Shown one piece after another: positions 41,321-51,137 of a DNA stretch of 64,000 nucleotides. The stretch's first letter is position 1. Every line of letters starts with the position of its first letter. The position numbers and the translations under genes are program-made. The stretch is taken from assembly GCA_963705695.1 (NCBI GenBank), contig CAVPKN010000012.1:12702-76701 (forward strand), in the 5' to 3' direction. Under the pieces are notes generated by a model that made no database searches, was not told the origin of the DNA, and saw only the letters and a program-made list of their open reading frames with translations. Source of the DNA: an uncultured Chlamydiales bacterium. GTDB taxonomy: Bacteria > Chlamydiota > Chlamydiia > Chlamydiales > JAAKFR01.

Positions 41321-42268
41321 ATGTTAGAGATTATTGACGGGGAAGACAAATCTTCCCCATTTAAAAACCGGATTCGGAAAAATTACCAACATCTTCGGAA
41401 GTGGGGTAAAAGAACGAATACCGATTGTTTCCGCATTTTTGACAGAGATATCAAAGAGTATCCCTTAACTATAGATTATTATGCAGGGCATTTCTTAATT
41501 CATCTTGTTAGCTTCAATGAGAGCCGCGATGACTTGCTTCTCGAGACTGTGGCGGTTCTTCACGCATTATTCGGCGTCCCCCCTGAGAAAATCATATCGC
41601 GTGCGCGGGTCAGGCGAAAAAAAACAGAGCAGTATGAAAAAATCGACTCGAAAGGGGGCGCGCTCGTCGTTCAGGAGTATGGCATTAAATTTTTAATCAA
41701 TTTAACAGATTACATCGATACGGGACTTTTTTTAGATCACCGTGAGATCCGCCGTTATGTCGCTACGATGGCCAATGGGAAAAGAGTACTTAACTTATTT
41801 GCCTATACCTGCTCGTTTAGTGTCCATGCCGCAGCCGCTGGCGCTCGATCTACGACTAGTATCGACCTTTCTAATACCTATACGCGGTGGGGAAGAGAAA
41901 ATTTTCTCCTCGATGCATTGCCGGAAGAATCGAATTCGATTCTCCGTGCCGATTGTTTGAAATTTCTCGATTCTGCAGGGGAAAAAGAGGCGCTCTACGA
42001 TCTGATTATCATCGATCCACCCACCATCTCCCGTTCTAAAAAAATGGATTCGTTTTTCGATCTACAGAGAGATTATGCTCAATTAATCACACAAGCCCTA
42101 CCCCTTCTCTCTTCGCAAGGGCTCCTCTTGTTCAGCACCAATTCCCGCCAGTTTAAATTCGATACCACCCTTTTCCCTTCAACGACTATCAAAGAGATCA
42201 CAGAACAAACCATGCCTGCCGATTTTAGGAATCGAAAAATCCATCGGTGCTGGCAAATCAAAAAGTAA
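41321..42268 (+). CDS. Stand-alone RlmK/RlmI-type rRNA methyltransferase
   Basis: NRIRKN, DTGLFLDHR, LNLFAYT, IIIDPPT. Confidence 0.85.
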   Translation: MLEIIDGEDKSSPFKNRIRKNYQHLRKWGKRTNTDCFRIFDRDIKEYPLTIDYYAGHFLIHLVSFNESRDDLLLETVAVLHALFGVPPEKIISRARVRRKKTEQYEKIDSKGGALVVQEYGIKFLINLTDYIDTGLFLDHREIRRYVATMANGKRVLNLFAYTCSFSVHAAAAGARSTTSIDLSNTYTRWGRENFLLDALPEESNSILRADCLKFLDSAGEKEALYDLIIIDPPTISRSKKMDSFFDLQRDYAQLITQALPLLSSQGLLLFSTNSRQFKFDTTLFPSTTIKEITEQTMPADFRNRKIHRCWQIKK

Positions 42269-42290
42269 TAGCCTGAGCTTTGTGTTGAAC

Positions 42291-44093
42291 TTATTCAGCT
42301 TTTAAGACTTCCATGAAGGCGCTTTGGGGAATGGTGACTTTACCGATCTCCTTCATCTTTTTTTTCCCTTTCTTCTGTTTCTCCCACAGTTTCCGTTTCC
42401 GGGTGATATCCCCTCCATAACATTTCGCCGTGACATTTTTTGAGAGGGCGCGGATCGTCTCACGCGCAATGATTTTGCCACCAATGGCAGCCTGGATAGG
42501 AACACGAAATAACTGTTGTGGAATCACCTCAACCAATTTTTCGCAAATGGCCTTCCCCTTCGATTGTGCCTTCGATCGATGGACGAGACAAGAAAAAGCA
42601 TCTACTGGCTCCTCATTGACTTTGATTTCCAGTTTTATGATATCCCCTTCTTCATAATGGTCAAATTCGAGTCGAACGAACCATACCCTTTTGTGATCGA
42701 CTTCAGCTTATCGTTGAAATCGGTGATGATTTCGTTTAAGGGGAGCTGATAAGTTAAAACAAGACGGCGCGCGTCGAGGGTCTCTGTTTTGGAACAGATT
42801 CCCCGCTTCTCCATTCCTAAATTCATGACCGCTCCTAAATATTCACTGGGGATCATGATATGGGCGACCACCCAAGGCTCTTCCACTGAATCGACCATTG
42901 AGAGATCGGGAAAATGGGCCGGATTGTCGATATTTAAGGCAGTCTTGTCGTTTAAAACGACCTTGTAGACAACACTTGGCGCCGTTGTGATCACATCGAC
43001 ATCAAATTCCCTATAATCCGCTCGAAAACAATCTCCAAATGGAGAAGTCCCAGAAAACCGCAACGGAAGCCAAACCCTAAAGCCGTGCTGCTTTCCTGCT
43101 CTACGAAAAGGGCCGAGTCATTGAGCTGAAGCTTCACCAGGGCATCGCGCAACGCCTCAAAATCGGAGGAATCGATCGGATAGATCCCCGCAAAAACGAC
43201 GGGGCGGATCTCTTTAAAACCTGGAAGGGGGCAGGAGCTTGTTTTTTTTGGTGTGACGGTGTCCCCAATTTTAATATCTTTCACAATCTTAATATTGGCA
43301 ATGAGATAGCCCTACTTCACCAGCGCGGAGAATCTCCGCTTCGTTGCCTATCTGGCTGGAAAACACCGACCTCCATCACTTCGAATATTTTGCCCGTTGC
43401 CATAAACAAAATCGGTGTACCCGCTTTGATCTCGCCAGAAAAGAGACGGATATAAACCATGACACCACGAAAGGGGTCATATTTGAAGTCGAATACTAAA
43501 GCTCTAAGAATTTCATCTTCAGGCACCTTTGGAGAAGGAATCGTAGAAATGATTTGATCGACAATCTCTTTGATACCGATCCCCGCCTTTGCCGAAGCTG
43601 AAACTGCGTTCGAGGTGTCGAGTCCTATAAATTCTTCAATTTGCCGCTTTACCTCAGGAATGTCCGCAGCGGGAAGATCGATTTTGTTGAGGACAGGTAA
43701 AATTTCCAAATTGCGTTCGAGCGCAAGATAAACATTGGCCAAACTTTGAGCCTGCACACCCTGCACAGCATCAACAACTAAAAGTGCCCCTTCACAAGCA
43801 GCCAACGACCGAGAGACCTCATAGGTAAAATCAACATGGCCAGGTGTATCGATCAGATTAAGTTGATAGACCTCCCCATCTTCAGCATGGTAATACATGG
43901 TCACTGGATGGGCTTTAATCGTGATCCCCCGCTCCCGTTCCAGCTCCATTGCATCGAGAACCTGCTCTTGCATCTCCCGTTGTTCCAGTGTCTTCGTCAA
44001 TTCGAGGAGGCGATCGGCAATGGTCGATTTTCCATGATCGATATGGGCAATAATCGAAAAATTTCGAATATTTTCACGCTTATACGCAGGCAT
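42291..44093 (-). CDS. lepA: Elongation factor 4 (frameshifted)
   Basis: [37 protein letters not shown]. Confidence 0.96.
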
Positions 44094-44150
44094 CATCTAA
44101 GCACCATACCCCATTGCAGATATAAGTTTAAAGACTTGTGATAACATATT

Positions 44151-44222
44151 TCCGGAACGAGCCTGAACCCGAGCCCGTGACCGAACTCAAAAAATCGGGC
44201 ACGGGCTCGGGCTCGTTCCCGA
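44151..44222. repeat. REP-like hairpin built from GGGCAC/GGGCTC hexamers
   Basis: GGAACGAGCC...CCCGAGCCCGTG / CACGGGCTCGGGCTCGTTCC. Confidence 0.75.
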
Positions 44223-44321
44223 CGATAAAATAATTAAGATACGGTAAAAAAATGCTTATTTATCCGCACTTAATAATAATGAGGTAAAATAGAAGTAATA
44301 TTTTGAAATACGTCGTGTGTT

Positions 44322-44591
44322 ATGTATCCTATTTTAGAGGTGGAAAATTTTTGCAGGGCACGCCAATCGGAGAGTAACGTACTCTTTGTTTTGGGTTTTT
44401 GTATCGCCATTATCGTGAGTGCCGGGGCGGCCCTAGCGGGATACTATCTAGGGCATGTGCCACTCTCGTTCACAGTCATTCTGGGATTTGGGCTGTTTAT
44501 TCTCTCTTTTAGCGGGTTCCTTTTCAATTATCAAACCTTGCGGATCCTAAAATGGAGCTCTCTACACCGAAAAACCTTGCAATCAAAATGA
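44322..44591 (+). CDS. Small 2-TM Inc-like protein
   Basis: Bilobed hydrophobic segment. Confidence 0.55.
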   Translation: MYPILEVENFCRARQSESNVLFVLGFCIAIIVSAGAALAGYYLGHVPLSFTVILGFGLFILSFSGFLFNYQTLRILKWSSLHRKTLQSK

Positions 44592-44596
44592 GCTCT

Positions 44597-46046
44597 CTAC
44601 ACAGAATAGGAAGAGGAGCTGACTTTGCCACCCGTCCCTGTCCAGTTGGTGTGGAAAAATTCACCACGGGGCTTGTCGATCCTTTCATAGGTGTGAGCTC
44701 CAAAATAATCACGTAGAGCTTGCAATAGATTAGCAGGGAGGCGCTCCAGCGTATCCGTCATAGAAGGAGAGGGCTGTGCAAAAACAGGGGGTCGGCACCC
44801 CATTGAGGGCAGCTGTTGACACGACATGGCGCCACCCTTCTTGACACTTCTTCAATTCAGTGGCAAAAAAGTTATCGAGGAGAAGGTTATAAAGATCGGG
44901 ATTTTCGTCGAATGCCTCCTTGATTTTCCCAAGAAAATGCTCCTGATGATGCACCCACCCCGCCACATGAGAGCGATCCCACCATAGTTGAGGTGCCAGT
45001 TATAATCGTGAGAGGCTTGTCGCATCAACATATAGCCTTGGGCATAGCTAATGATTTTTGAGGCATAGAGGGCATAGAAAATCGCTTCGATAAATTGCTT
45101 TTGATCCCCTTTAAAAGCGGGCTTGGGCCCTGTTAATTTTTGACTCGCTGCTACTCTCTCCTCTTTTAGCGCGGAGAGGCAGCGCAAAGACAGCTTCCAC
45201 GATCAAGGTGACTGGGATTCCCATCTCCACCGAATTGATCGCTGTCCATTTCCCCGTCCCCTTCTGCCCTGCGACATCGAGGATCTTATCAACCAGTGGC
45301 TTTCCATCAGTATCATCTGTGCGGAAAATGTGACTCGATATTTCAATGAGATAGCTATCCAGCTCTCGTGTGTTCCAATCTGGCAAAAGTCGATGCCATT
45401 TGCTCGTATGATAGATCTAAGAGATTGTGCATCAAATGCATACGCTTCACAAATCAATTGGATATCGCCATATTCAATCCCATTGTGGACCATCTTGACA
45501 TAGTGCCCGGCCCCTTCATCCCCTACCCAATCGCAACACGGCTCTCCACTCTCTACTTTCGCAGCGATATCCTGAAAGATTTTTTTAACATGAGGCCACG
45601 CTTCGGGATGCCCTCCAGGCATGATCGAAGGACCATGGCGCGCTCCCTCCTCTCCACCTGAGATCCCTGTCCCGATAAAAAAAAGTCCCTTACTTTTTAA
45701 ATACTGACATCGGCGTGTGGTATCTGGAAAATGACTATTGCCACCGTCGATGATGATGTCCCCTCTTTTCGAGAAGAGGGTCTAGATGTTTGATAAATTC
45801 ATCTACCGGATCCCCGGCCTTCACCATCAACATCACTCGCCGTGGCTTCTTTAGCTTTTGGACTAACTCTTTGAGATCTTTACACCCAATGACTCGACTT
45901 CCCTTGGCAGGCCCCTGCAAAAACTCATCCACCTTTGAAACCGTCCGATTGAAAACAGCCACCACGTAGCCATGATCATTCATGTTCATCACAAGGTTTT
46001 GTCCCATTACAGCCAGACCGATCAATCCAATATCTGCTTGCGCCAT
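44597..46046 (-). CDS. gnd: 6-phosphogluconate dehydrogenase (frameshifted)
   Basis: [38 protein letters not shown]. Confidence 0.96.
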
Positions 46047-46161
46047 TGAATCCTCTCAAATAAATTATTTACCTAACGCCGATCATATCACGATCCTAAA
46101 GAGTGCGTCTAGAAAATCCTTAATTTTAACTCGCAATTCGAATAGACTAGCTTCTATTTTT

Positions 46162-46235
46162 GTTCTCGTAGCTCAGGTGGATAGAGCGGTCGCCTCCTAA
46201 GCGGCAGGTCGCGCGTTCAAGTCGCGCCAAGAACG
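46162..46235 (+). tRNA. tRNA-Arg(CCT)
   Basis: Cloverleaf: D arm GCTC/GAGC, anticodon arm GTCGC-CTCCTAA-GCGGC, T arm GCGCG-TTCAAGT-CGCGC; one C-A mismatch in the acceptor stem; CCA not encoded. Confidence 0.93.
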
Positions 46236-46302
46236 TATTTGACATTCAACGTTTTACTAATTATAATGCTCTCCTCAATCAATTTAATTTAGGAGAAGCA
46301 TA

Positions 46303-47065
46303 ATGGCATCTCGTCCCGATCAAGTCAAAGGACAACTTTTCTTTGAAGGTTATACAATCGGACCTCGCTGTGTTGCCGGCCATGTATGTACCCCTGCCAT
46401 CGCCCTCGCCATCTTAATCATTGGCTGCCTTGGAGCTGCTGGCGTGATTCCAGGATCGCAGATGGGTTGGATTACAATGGGTTTAGCAGCTAGCGGTGGG
46501 GTTATCTTTTGTTGTGCTGGGACATTGCGTCACAGGAAAATCGAACTGCTCCATGTCACCTTAGCGACTGCCGCCTTCGTGACGTTGGGGGTTCTTGGGG
46601 GACAGAAGTCCTTTCCCATGTGGAGCTAGGATGGGCTCTGATTGCAATCTCAATTGGAAATGCCATCATCTACGTGTGCAAGACTAGACAACTCAAAGTC
46701 CTTCAAATGAAAGCAGAAAGTGAACAATTTGGAAAGTCCCAACGTGCTTCCGCGCGATCATATGGTCAACCGCAACAAAAGGATTCTGACGGCGGCGGAG
46801 CAGGAGAAGAACATGCAGAGATACTGGATCTAATAGTTATGACCAACCGCCAATGCAGACAAACACTCGAAATACTGGGGATTCTACAGAGTTGCACTAC
46901 AGAAGAGGAAACTTTGATGGTCCTAACGACGATGTCGACTATGGTAGCCGAATGAGGAGCGCTCCTTGTTGGAAAGTACTTCCTACATATACAGGCTGGG
47001 ATCCTAACGCTTTCGGTTATGGCGGGGCATATGCCGATCTTATCAGGGGATATTTCTTTGGATGA
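46303..47065 (+). CDS. Gly/Cys-rich 4-TM membrane protein, paralog 1 of 4 (frameshifted, C-terminal extension)
   Basis: IIGCLGAAGVIPGSQMGW motif shared with downstream paralogs. Confidence 0.65.
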
Positions 47066-47165
47066 TCCGTGCACATCATTTAAACGGGTATATCTCTAGA
47101 TATTTATACAGTTTTAATATATACTTGGGGAAAAATTTACAAATCAAACAAAAGGGGTTAAAGCA

Positions 47166-47595
47166 ATGGCAATTTCAGGCATTGTCAATAAGATATGTGA
47201 AACAGTTAATGGCTATACTAAAAGATTTGGCGTAGAGTTGGATTCCAAATGATCTGTATTGCTAGCTGCTCAGCAGGATGCATTACAATGGCACTGACAA
47301 TCATTGGCATTTTCGGACTTTGCGGAGTTTGGAGGTCTAACGGCATTGGGTTGGATTGCTGCTTGGTATAGGTGGCGGGACAACGATGCACTTTGAGCAC
47401 AGGAAAATTGAAGGAGCGTCTATTTTATATCATTCCTCAATTACTGATTGCAGCGACATTGATAGGGTTAGGTATAGCGGGTGGCTTGGGCTCGTGTCTA
47501 CGGCAGAAATTAAGTGGAGCCCTCTTGGGTGTGGGACTTGGGGCAGGATGTTTTCTGATGTCTGGTATCAGCGCCCAATTCCGAAAAAAAAGTGA
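47166..47595 (+). CDS. 4-TM paralog 2 of 4 (frameshifted)
   Basis: Near-identical DNA to 47767-48183. Confidence 0.65.
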
Positions 47596-47766
47596 TAAGA
47601 CTATACCGTCCAGGCTGATGAGTCAGTCTTCTCAGGTGATATTTGTTTTGAATGATCCGCGCCATCAAGCAAAATATTTAAACTGGTGTATCTCTTCGGT
47701 CCTTAACGGTTTAATATATACTTTCAGGGGGAAAAATTTACAAATCACACAAGAGGAGTTAAAGCA

Positions 47767-48249
47767 ATGGCAATTACAGGCTATCTCAGCGATTTATTTG
47801 ATGAAGTTAATGACTATACTGCACGATATGGCGTAGAGTTCGATTCCAAATGTATCTGTACTGCTAGCTGCTCAGCAGGATGCATTACAATGGCACTGAC
47901 AATCATTGGCATTCTCGGACTTTGCGGAGTTTTTGGAGGTTCTAGCATGGGTTGGACTGCTGTTGGTTTAGGTGGCGGGATACTCTTATGCACTTTAAGC
48001 ACAGGAAAATTGAAGGAGCGTCTATTTTATATCATTCCTCAATTACTGATTGCAGCGACATTCATAGGGTTAGGTATAGCGGGTGGCTTGGGCTCATTGT
48101 CTACGGCAGAATTAAGTGGAGCCCTCTTGGGTGTAGGACTTGGGGCAGGATGTTTTCTGATGTGTGGTATGAGCGCCCAAATTGCAAGAAAACAGTTCTT
48201 TAAGCAGGAAGAAAATATTACAGGTCATCTTATGGTGGATCCTGACTAA
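47767..48249 (+). CDS. 4-TM paralog 3 of 4
   Basis: IIGILGLCGVFGGSSMGWTAVGLGGG...GKLKERLF. Confidence 0.8.
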   Translation: MAITGYLSDLFDEVNDYTARYGVEFDSKCICTASCSAGCITMALTIIGILGLCGVFGGSSMGWTAVGLGGGILLCTLSTGKLKERLFYIIPQLLIAATFIGLGIAGGLGSLSTAELSGALLGVGLGAGCFLMCGMSAQIARKQFFKQEENITGHLMVDPD

Positions 48250-48276
48250 CATAGATTGTTGTAAGTATGTAATTAA

Positions 48277-48310
48277 AGAGGTCGCTTTCGAAGCATAGCG
48301 ACCTTTTTTA
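48277..48310 (+). terminator. Rho-independent terminator
   Basis: AGGTCGCT-loop-AGCGACCT followed by a T run. Confidence 0.75.
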
Positions 48311-48348
48311 TTAATTGAACTTCTGTATTTTTTTGAGAAAATGGAATT

Positions 48349-48819
48349 ATGGCGAGTATTAATTGGAGCGATCCTTTGGGGACACTAAGGAATTTTGGTT
48401 TAGAAACCGATACCCAATGTGCCTCAAGTCAATTTTGTATTACCATCGCACAACAAGCTCTTTTCGTCATTGGCCTTATCGGGGGCTTAGGCTTGTTTGC
48501 GGGCGCCTCACTGGGTTGGACTGCAATTGGGTTAGGGGGAGGGGTTCTCCTATTCACTGCGTTCACTGGTGGTAAATGCAAGGAACGCCTATTCCTCCAT
48601 ATTCCATCCGTATTACTGACACTGACCTTGGTTTCACTCGGTGTTATGGGATGCCAGGGAATCTTATCCGGAAGCCAACTCGGATGGGGAATGTTTGCCT
48701 CTTCATTGATTGCAGGCTGTATATGTGGTCATGGTATTAGCTGTCGAATTCTTAATAGTCCGAACGGGAGGATTGTACAACAATCTATAGCGAACTGGGT
48801 GGGTCTCATCGTTGCCTAA
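48349..48819 (+). CDS. 4-TM paralog 4 of 4
   Basis: VIGLIGGLGLFAGASLGWTAIGLGGG...GKCKERLF. Confidence 0.8.
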   Translation: MASINWSDPLGTLRNFGLETDTQCASSQFCITIAQQALFVIGLIGGLGLFAGASLGWTAIGLGGGVLLFTAFTGGKCKERLFLHIPSVLLTLTLVSLGVMGCQGILSGSQLGWGMFASSLIAGCICGHGISCRILNSPNGRIVQQSIANWVGLIVA

Positions 48820-49520
48820 TGCCGTTTGAGAAGCAGATAATTGTCGATTCCTTGAGCGATGGCTTGCGAGAGGGAATGGAGGTAATTGCCATCTTTAATC
48901 CGCTCCAATTCTTGGGGATTAGAGAGAAAGCCTGCTTCGATTAAGATGGCCGGCATTTTGGTTTCACGAACCACCGCAAAATTGCCCTCTTTGACACCGC
49001 GTGACTCAGCACCCGCTTTTACAATTTTTCTTAGGACCTCTTGTCCCAGTTGCTTCGATTGCGCAATCCGCTGTGACGGAGGTTTCTTGTTCTCTTTGTA
49101 ATAAAAAACTTCGATCCCTTCAACCTCTTGATCGGGACAATAATTGTAGTGGATACTGACGAAAAGATCCCCCTCTGCTTCATTCGCAATCTCGGCCCGT
49201 GCAGCAAGAGGGACAAAAATATCATCTCTCCTCGTTAAGGTCGTTCGGTAACCTAGTTTTTTTAACTGCTCAACCACTAAAAAGGCCGTTTCCAGTGTGA
49301 GCTTCTTCTCTTCATAGTGATTTTTTTTGCTGCTGGCGCCCGCATCTTTCCCTCCATGACCCGCATCGACAATGATCAGTTCTGGCTTTGTCAGTGTGTA
49401 CGGCTTGCTCGGAAGCTCATGGAGGATCGAAATTTCAGGAGGGATTCCAGTTTGGCGAACGCACGCGGCAAACAGTAGTGCAACTGTTAAAAATAGAAGT
49501 GTCCTCTTTACGATTCTCAT
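48816..49520 (-). CDS. amiA: N-acetylmuramoyl-L-alanine amidase
   Basis: IVDAGHGGKD, FVSIHYN, PAILIEAGF. Confidence 0.93.
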   Translation of the reverse strand: MRIVKRTLLFLTVALLFAACVRQTGIPPEISILHELPSKPYTLTKPELIIVDAGHGGKDAGASSKKNHYEEKKLTLETAFLVVEQLKKLGYRTTLTRRDDIFVPLAARAEIANEAEGDLFVSIHYNYCPDQEVEGIEVFYYKENKKPPSQRIAQSKQLGQEVLRKIVKAGAESRGVKEGNFAVVRETKMPAILIEAGFLSNPQELERIKDGNYLHSLSQAIAQGIDNYLLLKRH

Positions 49521-50962
49521 AAATACGCCAACTCTTGAGCTATTTTCCGATCATCAAAGGGAATTGTCTGATAAGAAAAATGTTGGTATGTTTCATGCCC
49601 TTTTCCCGCAATTAAGATCAAGTCTTTAGCATTTGCCATGCCGATTGCTCTCTCAATGGCTTCTTTCCGATCGAGGACAATGGTATAATTACTTTGAGAA
49701 AAGCCCGTTGCAATCTCATCACATATTTGCTTAGGCACTTCCGATCGAGGATTGTCAGAGGTGATGATGGTAAAGTCACTCCCCTCTTCAGCGGCCTTCC
49801 CCATTTTTGCCCGTTTCCCCCGATCTCGGTCTCCACCACAGCCGAACACGGTGATAATCTTTCCTTGTTTGATCTCCCGTAAACAATGGAGCACCTTCTC
49901 CAAGGCATCAGGGGTATGGGCATAATCGACAAAGATATTGAGATTCCGTCCGTTTTTAACTCGCTCTAGCCTGCCTGGGACTGAATAAAATGTCTCCAGC
50001 AGTGGAGGAAGGGAAGAGAGTGAGATTCCCCTTGCTAAGCAAACTGCTAGGGCACCGAGAACATTGAAAATATTATATCTCCCAATCAAGTGAGAGTGGA
50101 ATAGAACCCGCTCCGAGCGATAATTCACATAGAAGGTGGTGTCGTGATCGCTCAATGTGATCGTGTCGGCATAAAGATCATTTTGAGCACTCAATCCATA
50201 GCGTAAAACAGGGGCTTTACACCCCTTAATCATCACGTCTGCCCATGGCGAATCTCCGTTGACGATCGCGAAACTATCTCCGTCGAGCATTTTGAATAAT
50301 TTGGCTTTCTCCTCTGCGTAGGCCTCAAGTGTCAGATGGTAGTCGAGATGGTCTTGCGTCAAGTTGGTAAAGAGCGCCACATCGTAGGCAATTTGCTGGC
50401 ACCGCCCTTGTGCCAACCCTTGAGAAGAGGTCTCCATGACCGCCGCCTTACACCCATGTCGCACCATCTCCCTTAATAGCTTTTGATTTGTAATGGCGTC
50501 GGGCGTGGTTAATTTGGCCTCTAGGCGCAGCTCCCCAATCAGATATTCGATCGTACCGATCAATCCACAAGGGGAGCCGGCAAGATCGAAAAAGTGTTTA
50601 ATGAGGTAGGTGGTTGTAGTCTTTCCATTTGTCCCAGTCACTCCTATAGTGAAGAGCGATTCTGAGGGGTGGCCGTAGAAGCGGGCAGCTAAATGGGCTT
50701 CAACTTCAGAAGTAGCGGGGTGAATCAACTGGGTCACTTTTTTTAAGAAGGGGTTGGGAAGATCTGTTAAAATGGCCACGGCTCCGGCATCGATCGCCTC
50801 GTCGATATATCTGCTTCCATCATCAACCCTCCCTTTTTTTGCGATAAAAAGATCGCCGGGGGCAACTAACTTTGAATGGAGAGAAAGACCAGTGATCTCA
50901 AGATCTTGTGCTCCTTTGTATAGTTCGATCGGCAAGTCGGCAATTAATTTTTTTAGTTTCAT
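49517..50962 (-). CDS. murE: UDP-MurNAc-tripeptide synthetase
   Basis: GVTGTNGKTT, VDYAHTPD, DNPR, AGKGHE. Confidence 0.96.
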   Translation of the reverse strand: MKLKKLIADLPIELYKGAQDLEITGLSLHSKLVAPGDLFIAKKGRVDDGSRYIDEAIDAGAVAILTDLPNPFLKKVTQLIHPATSEVEAHLAARFYGHPSESLFTIGVTGTNGKTTTTYLIKHFFDLAGSPCGLIGTIEYLIGELRLEAKLTTPDAITNQKLLREMVRHGCKAAVMETSSQGLAQGRCQQIAYDVALFTNLTQDHLDYHLTLEAYAEEKAKLFKMLDGDSFAIVNGDSPWADVMIKGCKAPVLRYGLSAQNDLYADTITLSDHDTTFYVNYRSERVLFHSHLIGRYNIFNVLGALAVCLARGISLSSLPPLLETFYSVPGRLERVKNGRNLNIFVDYAHTPDALEKVLHCLREIKQGKIITVFGCGGDRDRGKRAKMGKAAEEGSDFTIITSDNPRSEVPKQICDEIATGFSQSNYTIVLDRKEAIERAIGMANAKDLILIAGKGHETYQHFSYQTIPFDDRKIAQELAYL

Positions 50963-51137
50963 GAACCTATCCCACTATTCGCAAAATGTGATTTTTAAAG
51001 GATTTTTTTGCATCTTTTAGAGCCGCTTCGAAGGGCATACTTTGGTAAGTAGGCCAAGAAGCGGCTCTAAAAGATGCGGAAAAAGAGTTTAAAGCCGAGG
51101 TTAAACAGCCTTTTTGCCAATAATGGGATAGGTTCAT
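50961..51137. mobile_element. Family A element, copy 4, between ftsI and murE
   Basis: ATGAACCTATCCCA...TGGGATAGGTTCAT; overlaps both the ftsI stop and the murE start. Confidence 0.92.

Noticed and set aside
46162-48819. Integrative island at tRNA-Arg
   Set aside because: No integrase and no duplicated tRNA 3' end (att site) seen
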